A DNA stretch of 64,000 bases from a virus (IMGVR_UViG_3300031813_000004:64001-128000); one strand, 5' to 3'; shown: positions 49,355 to 58,755, numbered from the stretch's first letter. The notes: generated by a model from the letters alone, not told the origin. Made by a program: numbers and translations.

Positions 49355-49567
49355 ATGAGAATAAAAGGATTTCATAATGTTATTGGAGAAGTTTTCTTTA
49401 CTGACCAATGTCTTGTTATGCAAAAAAGAAGTCCTAGTAAAGAATCAATATTTGTAGAACATGGAAATGATATAACAATAGTTACAAGAAGGAGATGTTC
49501 GTTTAAAAAATCAAATGGGGAAATAGCAAGATATGATGACTTAGTTGAAGGAAAAATAAAAGAGTAA
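49355..49567 (+). CDS. hypothetical protein
   Basis: AGGAG RBS. Confidence 0.55.
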   Translation: MRIKGFHNVIGEVFFTDQCLVMQKRSPSKESIFVEHGNDITIVTRRRCSFKKSNGEIARYDDLVEGKIKE

Positions 49568-49670
49568 TTACTTAGAATGTATAGGTAACAAAGCAATTAA
49601 ACTAGGATATTAAACTAGGATATTAATAAAAATAAAGTACTAATATAAGTGATTTATGGAGTTATAAATT

Positions 49671-49958
49671 ATGAATGATAATTATCATTATAGCGAAATA
49701 TCTGAAAATAGAAATGAAGATGTTGCTAGATGGTTAAATAATTGGATAACACAAGGTAGTACGTATCATAGACTACATGTAACAAGATTATTAGAATTAA
49801 TAGTTGAAAAAGGATTTTATAATTTTGAGATAACATTTGATTTTATTTTGAAATGTTATAAATTTAAACTAACACCAGAAAACATTCAATTTTCAAGTGA
49901 ACTACAACATGCAATATACAATTCTATAGTTTATGAAATTGATAATCCATCAAGATAA
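49671..49958 (+). CDS. hypothetical protein
   Basis: GGAG RBS, last gene before terminator. Confidence 0.55.
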   Translation: MNDNYHYSEISENRNEDVARWLNNWITQGSTYHRLHVTRLLELIVEKGFYNFEITFDFILKCYKFKLTPENIQFSSELQHAIYNSIVYEIDNPSR

Positions 49959-49959
49959 C

Positions 49960-49997
49960 AAAAATGGGATAAGGTATTTCACTTATCCCATTTTTTT
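49960..49997. terminator. bidirectional terminator
   Basis: aaaaatgggataag / cttatcccattttt between convergent blocks. Confidence 0.8.
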
Positions 49998-50005
49998 GTA
50001 AAAAT

Positions 50006-50170
50006 TTATTTTTTATCTAATTCATGTTTTATCTCAACTACTCTATCCAAAGCTTCTTCCAATAATTTTATTATTCTCCTGCCTGCTTTTCTCAATTCTG
50101 GATCATCAGATTCCTGTAATAAAATACAAAGGTTTGCTGACTCTGAAATGCAATTTATTATTTTTAACAT
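50006..50170 (-). CDS. small hypothetical protein (54 aa, not in track)
   Basis: MLKIINCISESANLCILLQESDDPELRKAG..., AGGAGG RBS. Confidence 0.55.
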   Translation of the reverse strand: MLKIINCISESANLCILLQESDDPELRKAGRRIIKLLEEALDRVVEIKHELDKK

Positions 50171-50197
50171 AATCAACAAACCTCCTTTTTGAATTTT

Positions 50198-53100
50198 TTA
50201 ATAACTACCGGTAGTATATAAAAAGTGCCAATAAGTTCCATCTGCTACATAAAAACCTGGGCCACCATAACTAGACCCAGTATAGCATGCCACATCACCT
50301 AAACCTCTTGTAGTTGGAAGTGTATTTCTACAAGTGAGTTTTAAAGGTGCTGATGTAGCATTACCAGTAAATTTACCACCGTATCCTGTTCCTTCCGCGT
50401 TACCTGTAACTGCATAGCCTGCACCACTAGTGACTCCTAATATGGCATAACCATCTCCTGTTATAATATTTGAAAATATTCCATTAGTTGCAGCCATATT
50501 ATTTTGTGAAAACAACAAAACATTACCATTTCCACCCACAGTATCTAAATATATAGTTCCTCCAGGTCCAACAGAACCCATAGTATTAGATACACTATCT
50601 ATAAAATTTGATGGTGATGTTGTACTTACTATTAAACAATTAATTGGCGCAGTTCCGCCACCATTTTGAACTCCTGTAAAAGTATTACTTGTAATACCTG
50701 TATATGTTGCATAAGCCCCAGAGCTAACAAATAGAAGGTTTCCAGATGTTGGGAATCCAGCAGTAGATGTAACATTTATTGTAGTTTGATTAGATGCCAT
50801 TGGAGAAGTTAATTGGCAACCTTGTGTTGAAATAGTAGAACCTACTAATGTCCCAGCTGTTATATTGCTTGCAGAAATCTTACCACTAACATATAAATTT
50901 CCACCACTTACAGTAAATGGAGCTAATTTTGTTGAAGGGGTACTAGGATCAACGATACTAAATTCATTTGCTACGATATTAAAACCACTAGTTGAACCGT
51001 CATTCCATGCTTTATAACCGCTTATATTTCCATTTGTATCTAATGTTACAGTTGCGGTAGAACTCATTTTTCCTGATAAATCTGAAGTTGTTTCATAACT
51101 CCCTAATGCTGAAGCCATACCTGAACTTGTAACTAAATTTGCATTTGTAATAGCAGATGCTATTGTATTAGTTAAAGTAGACGAAGTACTATAATTTGTT
51201 ATAGCTGAAGATATACTAGTTATATCTTGAAACTGAAACTCATCTACCAAGAATGTACCTGTTCCGTTAGGGTAGTTTCCGAATGCTATGGGTTGTGCGG
51301 ATACAGTGCCTGTCGGGAATTGGCCAGACCCTGTTCCAGTAACGGTTCCAGTATATGTTTGCCATCCTCCTGCCACTGTTAAGATACTACTACCTGTTAT
51401 GTAGCAATACCCACCATTTGATCCTGTTGTTGCACCATTTTTATCTCTTGATATATACCCAATATAGAGTAAATTATTTCCTGATGAAGAATCTATAGTC
51501 TGCTTTGCTCGAAATGTTATCTGATAAGTATGAGTGGTGTCTATAGCAACAGGTGTTCCATATTCAATAGTAGCCTGTGGACCAGTAAGTTGTAATGCAT
51601 TTCCTCCAGTGCTGCCTCCACCAGATAATAGAGTTCCTCCTCCACTCCAATATTGTGTTCCTAGAGAAAATGTTGAGTTCATTAATCCTGCATTTGCTAA
51701 TGTATTTGTTACCCCTGTTACTGCAGTTGCAATTGCACTATTCATTCCTGTAGTAGTTGTATAAGAAGATAAAGACGTAGCCGTATTATTTCCAGACTGT
51801 GATACAGCACTTGTAATAGCATTAGCTATTGCAGTATTCATATTTGTAGTAGTTGTATAATATGATAAAGATGTTGCAAGACTTGAACTACTAACTAATG
51901 AACTTGTAGCAGCAGTTATAGCACTTGATATTGCATTATTCATTCCAGTTGTTGTTGTATAACTGCTAAGTGATGTAGATGTATTAGTTCCAGATTGTGA
52001 TACAGAACTTGTTATAGCATTAGATATTGCAGTATTCATATTAGTTGTAGTTGTATATGAAGATAAAGATGTTGCTAAACTTGAATTGGTAACTAGAGAA
52101 CTTGTAGCACTTGTTATTGCACTTGATATTGCACTATTCATTCCAATTGTTGTTGTATAAGATGATAATGCATTTGCTGTTTGTGTAATATCAACAAAAC
52201 TAAATTCATCTATTTGTGTGGTTCCTGTTCCATGTAAATCATTAACTAAGAAAACTGGTTTGATATAAATAGTTCCTGGTGTAAATTGTGTAATACCAGT
52301 TCCAGACCCTGTCATATTAATTGTAAATGTTTGCCAACCTTGAGCTACAGTTATTGGAATAGCATTTGCAACTGAATATGTATATGCCCCTCCACCATTT
52401 CCAGTTATGGTATTATAATTTGAATCTAAGTTTACCACACCTACATATATATTTCTTGCTCCTGAAACTGAATCAATAGTTTGTTTAACTCTAAAAGTTA
52501 TTTGATATGTATGAGTAGCATTAATGGGAATAGCTGTAGCATAAATACCATAATTATTACCAACTACTTGTAAAACGTCTCCACCAGTACTACCAGCTCC
52601 AGTAACTATTGTTCCAGGCGCAGCACCACTAGAAATTTGTCCAGTTGGTGTTGATGACCAATATTGAGTTCCAGATGCAAAAAATGGATTTACGTCGGAT
52701 AAGCCACCACCTTGAGCACCAATAATTGCAGTTGCAATAGCTGAATTCATATTAGTCGTGGTCGTATAAGAAGATAGAGCTGTTGATGTATTAGCTCCAG
52801 CTTGAGATACTGCACTTGTGATTGCAGTTGCAATAGCGGAGTTCATTCCAGTTGTAGTTGTATAAGATGATAAAGAATTTGCTAAACTTGAGTTACTAAC
52901 TAAAGAACTTGTAGCAGCAGTTATAGCTGTAGATGTTGCACTATCTGCTGCAGTCTTTGTATAATAACTCGAAAGAGAAGTTGCAAGACTACTATTACTA
53001 ACTAAAGAACTTGTAGCACCAGTTATAGCTGTTGATATTGCACTATTCATATTAACAGTTGTTGAATATGATGAAAGTGATGTTGCCAAACTTGAATTAG

Positions 53101-54088
53101 AAACCAAAGAACTTGTTGCACCAGTTACAGCAGTTGAAATAGCAGAGTTCATTCCTGTCGTTGTTGTATACGAAGATAATGATGTTGCCAAACTTGCATT
53201 TGTTACAAATGAACTTGTTGCACCAGTTATTGCAGTTGAAGTTGCACTATCAGCAGCAGCCTTTGTATAATAATTACTAAGTGAAGTTGCCAAACTTGTA
53301 TTAGAAACCATAGAACTAGTTGCACCAGTTACAGCAGTTGATATTGCACTATTCATATTTGTAGTTGTTGAATATGCTGAAAGAGATGTTGCTAAACTAG
53401 TTCCAGTTATAAATGAACTTGTAGCAGCAGTTATAGCCGATGAAGTTGCACTGTCAGCAGCAGTTTTTGTATAATAACTTGATAATGATGTTGCCAAACT
53501 TGTATTTGTTACAAATGAACTTGTTGCACCAGTAATTGCAGTTGCAATAGCTGAGTTCATATTTGTAGTTGTTGAATATGCTGAAAGTGAACTTGCTAAA
53601 CTTGTATTGCTAACTAATGAACTTGTTGCTGTTGATATAGCAGAATTCATTGCTGAAATTGTAGAATAACTTAATAGAGAACTTGATAAACTTGAGTTAC
53701 TAACTAAAGAACTTGTCGCGTTAGCTATAGCTGTATTCATACTAGCAGATGTTGCATAAGAAGCTAATGAATTTGTAAGATTTGTATTACTAACTAATGT
53801 ACTTGTTGCATTAGCTATAGCAGTATTAAGTTGACTATTAGTAGTATAAGTATTATTTAACAATTTATGAGTAGTTGTATAATTAGAAAAAATTTGTGTA
53901 ACTGGGATATTATTAACTAAAGTTTGGGTCCATCTTCCTGACTGGTATACTGGTATAATTTCCACGCCAGATAATGGAACCGTAGTTGTTGGAAAGTAAA
54001 TAGGATTTATGTCACTAGCTAATGACGTTCCAGTTAAAATCAATATAAACATCATTGTAATTAAATATTTAAACTTTTGTATTTTCAT
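50198..54088 (-). CDS. long tail fibre / adhesin-like protein (33-aa repeats, two CBM-like domains, DUF1983-like domain)
   Basis: S.YTTTT.MNSAI.TA.T.ATSS.V.N.SLATSL repeats; duplicated F..GTQYWS...GSTGG..LQ...HTYQITFR.KQTIDS...DEF.F.DIT domain; LDTNGNISGY...FNIVANEFSIVDP...PFTVSGG. Confidence 0.85.
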   Translation of the reverse strand: MKIQKFKYLITMMFILILTGTSLASDINPIYFPTTTVPLSGVEIIPVYQSGRWTQTLVNNIPVTQIFSNYTTTHKLLNNTYTTNSQLNTAIANATSTLVSNTNLTNSLASYATSASMNTAIANATSSLVSNSSLSSSLLSYSTISAMNSAISTATSSLVSNTSLASSLSAYSTTTNMNSAIATAITGATSSFVTNTSLATSLSSYYTKTAADSATSSAITAATSSFITGTSLATSLSAYSTTTNMNSAISTAVTGATSSMVSNTSLATSLSNYYTKAAADSATSTAITGATSSFVTNASLATSLSSYTTTTGMNSAISTAVTGATSSLVSNSSLATSLSSYSTTVNMNSAISTAITGATSSLVSNSSLATSLSSYYTKTAADSATSTAITAATSSLVSNSSLANSLSSYTTTTGMNSAIATAITSAVSQAGANTSTALSSYTTTTNMNSAIATAIIGAQGGGLSDVNPFFASGTQYWSSTPTGQISSGAAPGTIVTGAGSTGGDVLQVVGNNYGIYATAIPINATHTYQITFRVKQTIDSVSGARNIYVGVVNLDSNYNTITGNGGGAYTYSVANAIPITVAQGWQTFTINMTGSGTGITQFTPGTIYIKPVFLVNDLHGTGTTQIDEFSFVDITQTANALSSYTTTIGMNSAISSAITSATSSLVTNSSLATSLSSYTTTTNMNTAISNAITSSVSQSGTNTSTSLSSYTTTTGMNNAISSAITAATSSLVSSSSLATSLSYYTTTTNMNTAIANAITSAVSQSGNNTATSLSSYTTTTGMNSAIATAVTGVTNTLANAGLMNSTFSLGTQYWSGGGTLLSGGGSTGGNALQLTGPQATIEYGTPVAIDTTHTYQITFRAKQTIDSSSGNNLLYIGYISRDKNGATTGSNGGYCYITGSSILTVAGGWQTYTGTVTGTGSGQFPTGTVSAQPIAFGNYPNGTGTFLVDEFQFQDITSISSAITNYSTSSTLTNTIASAITNANLVTSSGMASALGSYETTSDLSGKMSSTATVTLDTNGNISGYKAWNDGSTSGFNIVANEFSIVDPSTPSTKLAPFTVSGGNLYVSGKISASNITAGTLVGSTISTQGCQLTSPMASNQTTINVTSTAGFPTSGNLLFVSSGAYATYTGITSNTFTGVQNGGGTAPINCLIVSTTSPSNFIDSVSNTMGSVGPGGTIYLDTVGGNGNVLLFSQNNMAATNGIFSNIITGDGYAILGVTSGAGYAVTGNAEGTGYGGKFTGNATSAPLKLTCRNTLPTTRGLGDVACYTGSSYGGPGFYVADGTYWHFLYTTGSY
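51700..53870 (-). repeat. 99-bp (33-aa) intragenic tandem repeats in two blocks
   Basis: seen in translation and DNA (recurring gaacttgtagcagcagttatagc-like segments); blocks separated by first CBM-like domain; boundaries approximate. Confidence 0.8.
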
Positions 54089-54100
54089 TATTTTTCTCCT

Positions 54101-55912
54101 TTAGTTCCAAACTATTTCATTTCCATTTGTGTCTGACCATACGTTTCCATTTTGATCTAAAAATCTGAAAGTTTCCCCATCAAGTTGACTAACATATATT
54201 TGTAAATAATCAGATCCAAATTCATTATCAAAACTATTACCAGAATCAAAATCCTGTAACCCACCACAACATAATGTATAATCTAAATTTCCTGTTGAAT
54301 CTGTTGCATAATATAATTCAGTATAAGCATTTGAATTATGATTATTTAAATTATTATTAATATTTTGTGTGATAGTTATATTTAAGGGCAATACATCATC
54401 CATAATACCATTATCAAATAATGAAAATTCATTATCAAAAGTAGATCTAGAATAATCTGAAATATCTCCATAAATATTTTTAACACTATCTGCACTTGTA
54501 AAATCAAATACATTTTGTGTTATAGAAATACCTAAATTATCATTAACATCTAAATAATCAAACGCTGGATTATTAATTTTAAGAAAATAAGTCAAATCTA
54601 AAAATCTAGATCTATATGGTTTAAATAAATTAATCATTTTATTAATATCAGTAATATATGCTTCAATTCCATAAATATAGCTAGTCAATCCTGGGAAATT
54701 TAAACTCCTTCCAATATCTGTATTAAAATAATTAGATTCCAACCATAAAGAAAAATCTTGCAACATAGAGATTAATAAACCTTGTTGTAATTCAGTTGGT
54801 GTAGTTTGGATAGTTTGATATAAAATTGGATTTATTGAATTTAATAATATTCCGATATTATTATGATCTAAAAAATTAATATTAGAAATAACATCTACAG
54901 ATAAAACATTTAATAAATTCTCTAAATTTGAATCTGCTGCTCCTTGTAGGTTTTGTCTAACACTTGAATTTTTATAAAATGTTGTAAAACTTTCAAAATT
55001 ATATTCATCATTTGTTTCAATATCATTATATATAAAAATTTTATCATTTTGATTTTCAACATCTAAAGATATTAACCCATTATATAATGATATTATAGCT
55101 AAATAACATTCTAATGCCGAAACTTTTATATTTAAATTAGTAAGTTTGATTTCTGAAGGAAGATTAGTCAAATTATTATATTCATCATTAATAACTTTAG
55201 AAATCCATGATAATATCATTGTCATTTGATATAAATCAAATGTAACAAAAACACTAAAATATGGAGTTTTAACTGGAAGAGAAGTATTTCCATTATTAAC
55301 AATTGTATTAACTTGACTTTCAGTAATAAACCAATGAGGATCAACAGAAGTCATTTCAGAAAAACTTTTATCGAATACTGGGAAATAATCAATATTAATT
55401 ATTGGTAAAGTTCTAAAAACTAATTCACTCTGTAAATTTTTAATTAAAAGATATTCAGTAATAGTAATATTATTCAAACCATAATAATTAAAACATTTTT
55501 CTAAAGCCAATCCTGTTCCTTTAATTTTATAAATATTAACTAAATCTAAAAAGAAATTCATTCTATTATTAGAAGAAATAATTTCTAACCCATATGAATA
55601 ACCAAAACTTAAAATTAATTCATTTAATTGATCTGATGTTAAAACTCTAGGATCAGAAACTTGTTGTTGAATGGATGTTAAAGTTCTTAATGCTGCATAC
55701 CAATCTATTAATAAATTTCTTATTCTCTGATAATCTGGAGTATTAAAAGCTAATTGGTCAATTGTATTTGTAAATAATGCAGTGGCTTTAGTTTGTTCAG
55801 AAAGAGCAATTTTAAACGCAGGATCTAGATTTGAAGGTAAATCAGTATTTCCAGTTTGTTCTACTTGCTGAAAATAACTAATTAGATTCCAAACGTCTTC
55901 TATCTTAAACAT
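54101..55912 (-). CDS. baseplate wedge protein (P2 gpI / T4 gp7-like)
   Basis: LNELILSFGY...FFLDLVNIYKIKGT..AL; INLFKPYRSR. Confidence 0.65.
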   Translation of the reverse strand: MFKIEDVWNLISYFQQVEQTGNTDLPSNLDPAFKIALSEQTKATALFTNTIDQLAFNTPDYQRIRNLLIDWYAALRTLTSIQQQVSDPRVLTSDQLNELILSFGYSYGLEIISSNNRMNFFLDLVNIYKIKGTGLALEKCFNYYGLNNITITEYLLIKNLQSELVFRTLPIINIDYFPVFDKSFSEMTSVDPHWFITESQVNTIVNNGNTSLPVKTPYFSVFVTFDLYQMTMILSWISKVINDEYNNLTNLPSEIKLTNLNIKVSALECYLAIISLYNGLISLDVENQNDKIFIYNDIETNDEYNFESFTTFYKNSSVRQNLQGAADSNLENLLNVLSVDVISNINFLDHNNIGILLNSINPILYQTIQTTPTELQQGLLISMLQDFSLWLESNYFNTDIGRSLNFPGLTSYIYGIEAYITDINKMINLFKPYRSRFLDLTYFLKINNPAFDYLDVNDNLGISITQNVFDFTSADSVKNIYGDISDYSRSTFDNEFSLFDNGIMDDVLPLNITITQNINNNLNNHNSNAYTELYYATDSTGNLDYTLCCGGLQDFDSGNSFDNEFGSDYLQIYVSQLDGETFRFLDQNGNVWSDTNGNEIVWN

Positions 55913-55929
55913 TTAATTTTCCCCTTTCA

Positions 55930-56694
55930 TTATGCAATAATTTCAGATTGTAATTGACTTAAATCAATATTTCTATTTTGGACTACATTAAACATACTCT
56001 CAGTTAAATAAATTTCATATGAAGATTCTAAAACACTATTAGGATTTGATAGTGTTTGAGTATCGTCATAAAAACTAATGTCATTATTTAATTTTACAGC
56101 TAAATATAAATAGATCATTTTTGAAAGGTTTGTTGATAATATATTAAAATCAATATCACCAATATAAGCTTGAGGGGTATTAGTTGACCAATCTATATGA
56201 TTTGTTTGATCGCCCCATTCATTTCCGTCTTGATCTACCCATATACCATTATTAAAAATCCACACAACTCCATTATTATCAGTCCAAGTTGTTTGATTTA
56301 CAGATGGTGGTAATATAGTAGTTCTATAAGTTAATAGTCTATTTAATAAATTTATATCATCGCTTTGTAAATTGAAAAGATTTAAATTACAAATATTTAC
56401 ATCAGTGGAATCACATAAATAATATGTAGATGATATTGGATATATCATCAATCTTGTTAATATTGGTCTAGGCCAAACATTTTTATCAGTTACTTGTCTA
56501 TACATATAATTATAATTATCAAAATTAACAGGCCAACAATCATCAAATAATAATCTAATAAATGAGTTGGTATTAAATATATCAGAATTTATTACGGAAA
56601 CAGGTTTTGGTATGTTATAAAAATTCATATATCTAGACATTAAAACTTTACTAAAATAATGTTGTAATTCTGGAACTAGATTAGTGCTGTTCAT
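55930..56694 (-). CDS. putative virion structural protein
   Basis: in late operon; contains W.D.NG repeats shared with downstream gene's C-terminus. Confidence 0.55.
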   Translation of the reverse strand: MNSTNLVPELQHYFSKVLMSRYMNFYNIPKPVSVINSDIFNTNSFIRLLFDDCWPVNFDNYNYMYRQVTDKNVWPRPILTRLMIYPISSTYYLCDSTDVNICNLNLFNLQSDDINLLNRLLTYRTTILPPSVNQTTWTDNNGVVWIFNNGIWVDQDGNEWGDQTNHIDWSTNTPQAYIGDIDFNILSTNLSKMIYLYLAVKLNNDISFYDDTQTLSNPNSVLESSYEIYLTESMFNVVQNRNIDLSQLQSEIIA

Positions 56695-57271
56695 TTTTAG
56701 GATGCTCCATTTTAACTTTTAGTAAATCTCTTGAACTTAACATATCTAACATATGAACAAACATAGTCTTAGGATCTAGATTCTTAAATGAGAAATCTTT
56801 TTTTGCATCAGTACTCCATCTACCAGAATGAAATCTAACAATTTCTTCTAATAATACAACTTCTTCTTCATCGAATATTTTTTTAAAAAAATTTTTATTT
56901 TCATGAATTATATCGGCTGATAATTTATCATGCTCTTTGTATGTGTGAAAACTGTTATATTCAGCATCATCCCGAGAACCGTACTTAAATGCGTCATGAA
57001 GAGTTATTGCTAATAATATCACATCTGCTTCATTAGTTTTAACTTTAATATCTAACATTGATAATAATGGAACTGCTGCATATAACATTTCATATGTATG
57101 CTCTGCTGTAGAAGGAACAAAGCCGTTACTCTTACGATGGTATTTTCCAGTACTACTTGTTCGTTTAGCCCAACAGTTTGGAATATTTTTTAACATCATT
57201 ATAGCAAGCTTATTTCCATTTTCTGTTAAATTAATCTCTAACAATTCTTTTATTGAATTTAAATAGTCCAC
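56681..57271 (-). CDS. HD-domain phosphohydrolase
   Basis: SSTGKYH, EHT, LHDAFKYG, H, RFHSGRW, VHMLDMLSSR. Confidence 0.8.
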   Translation of the reverse strand: MDYLNSIKELLEINLTENGNKLAIMMLKNIPNCWAKRTSSTGKYHRKSNGFVPSTAEHTYEMLYAAVPLLSMLDIKVKTNEADVILLAITLHDAFKYGSRDDAEYNSFHTYKEHDKLSADIIHENKNFFKKIFDEEEVVLLEEIVRFHSGRWSTDAKKDFSFKNLDPKTMFVHMLDMLSSRDLLKVKMEHPKNEQH

Positions 57272-57273
57272 AA

Positions 57274-57624
57274 TTATATCCTTTCATTAGATAGAGTTTC
57301 AACTACAAATTTAGCTTTATCTTTACTAATTATTTTTTTAGTTCCAGTTTTAACATTTTCATATTTATCAATTAGAAGACCATTAGAATTAAAAAAGTAT
57401 ATATTGATTGGAAATTTCATTTTCAATGTGTGAAATATTCTAACAGATTCTTCACTAAATTCAAAAACAAAGGCCACGTCTGAAGGTATATTATCATATC
57501 TTAACAACCCAATTTTATGATCTCTATTTGTAGTGAATCTTATAACTTTTTTAAAGGATGATAAAAATGAACTTAAGAACTCTTCTTGATTTAAGTATTC
57601 CAAATAAAATTGTAAGTTATTCAA
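57274..57624 (-). CDS. DUF192-family protein
   Basis: GLL.YDNIP...AFVFEF......FHT..MKFPINIYF...AKFVVET. Confidence 0.7.
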   Translation of the reverse strand: MNNLQFYLEYLNQEEFLSSFLSSFKKVIRFTTNRDHKIGLLRYDNIPSDVAFVFEFSEESVRIFHTLKMKFPINIYFFNSNGLLIDKYENVKTGTKKIISKDKAKFVVETLSNERI

Positions 57625-57652
57625 TGAAAAGTTCTCCTTTCTTTTGTACTTC

Positions 57653-57668
57653 TCTTTAATTTTGTTCT
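57653..57668 (-). promoter_or_regulatory. putative late promoter motif
   Basis: rc AGAACAAAATTAAAGA heading fibre/baseplate block. Confidence 0.55.
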
Positions 57669-57675
57669 TTATTTA

Positions 57676-57710
57676 TTAAGGATACTAGTAAGTTCTATAT
57701 ATATTAATTA
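57676..57710 (+). promoter_or_regulatory. bipartite early-type promoter, copy D
   Basis: TTAAGGATAC-TAGTAAGTT-CTATATATATTAATTA. Confidence 0.7.
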
Positions 57711-57745
57711 TTAGAAAAGAACTTTATTTGAAAAAGGAGTTTCAT

Positions 57746-57955
57746 ATGATGAATGAGACTTTTCAAGAAATGGATAAAAGAATTAAAAAATTAACAAATG
57801 AAGATCTTAAAACTGTTTGGAGTTGCATTGAATATTGTGATGACGAAAGATGGGCTGAAATAGTTTATAGCGAATTAGGTATTAGAGGAATATGTGCCAT
57901 AACTATTCCCAATTACAAACCAAATGATTTAGGAGAATTAAATTATGGATTTTAA
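57746..57955 (+). CDS. hypothetical protein
   Basis: ATG after AAGGAG; first gene after promoter D. Confidence 0.55.
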   Translation: MMNETFQEMDKRIKKLTNEDLKTVWSCIEYCDDERWAEIVYSELGIRGICAITIPNYKPNDLGELNYGF

Positions 57956-58178
57956 TTCAAAAGAAACAGTAATTTCAGCTGAAGTTGTAATTCCTACTAA
58001 ATGGGGTGAAATGGCTAAAGTAGAAGCCATCTTTGCAAACACTCCAGAAAAAGTTAAGGTATTCGACTTCTTTCATGATGAACTTAGTTTTAGTTCTAAT
58101 GAGTTCATTGGGAAAACTTATTCTGAATGTAAAGGCATGTTTCACTCAAAAGATGTAGCTTATCTTTTGAGCTTATAA
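57945..58178 (+). CDS. conserved phage hypothetical protein
   Basis: VFDFFHDELSFS..EFIGKT......FH.KD.AYL.S. Confidence 0.65.
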   Translation: MDFNSKETVISAEVVIPTKWGEMAKVEAIFANTPEKVKVFDFFHDELSFSSNEFIGKTYSECKGMFHSKDVAYLLSL

Positions 58179-58180
58179 AT

Positions 58181-58208
58181 AAAATTGAGGCTAACATAGC
58201 TCAATTTT
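58181..58208 (+). other. conserved hairpin, copy 2
   Basis: aaaattgag-gctaacatag-ctcaatttt. Confidence 0.55.
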
Positions 58209-58231
58209 AAACCAAAATAAAAGGAGATATT

Positions 58232-58753
58232 ATGTGTAAATTTAAATCAGCTATTTTACTTAAAGACCGAGTTTATATTTCTAAAATTTCAGAATCGCAT
58301 ACCACAATGTTAGAAGAATTAAAAATTGAAGATAATAAAAGAAATACAGAAATTAAATTTGTAAGAGTTTAATTAATCCCGTTTGAAGATGATTATTTCT
58401 CAAATATAGATTCTTGGATTTTTGTTGTAGATCAAGATATACTACCTGAATGGTTTGTTAAAGAATATGATGAAATTAGAATGAAAGACGCTGTTAAACT
58501 TTGGGGTAAAACCCATATATTTATTGATGTTGATAATTTAAAATTACAAAAAGATAATTATTATTTTAAAAATTGTAAAAATATTGAAGTGGAAAATTCT
58601 ACCGTAACTGCTTGGGAAAATTCTATAATATGTTTACCTAATAATTCAAGTAATAAAAAAGAAAATATTATTTTAATGGAAAATAGTACTCTTAAAGATT
58701 GTAAAACAAAAACTATTTACCAATCAGGTAATTGGAAATTAATAACAATTTAA
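58232..58753 (+). pseudogene. phage protein gene interrupted by in-frame TAA (58370-58372)
   Basis: MCKFKSAILLKDRV...FVRV*LIPFEDD...VDQDILPEWF continues in frame into track ORF 58481; AAGGAG RBS at true start. Confidence 0.65.
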
Positions 58754-58755
58754 AA

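Noticed and set aside
49597-49626. 13-bp tandem duplication ttaaactaggata x2
   Set aside because: Only two copies; likely a slippage duplication, not an iteron set
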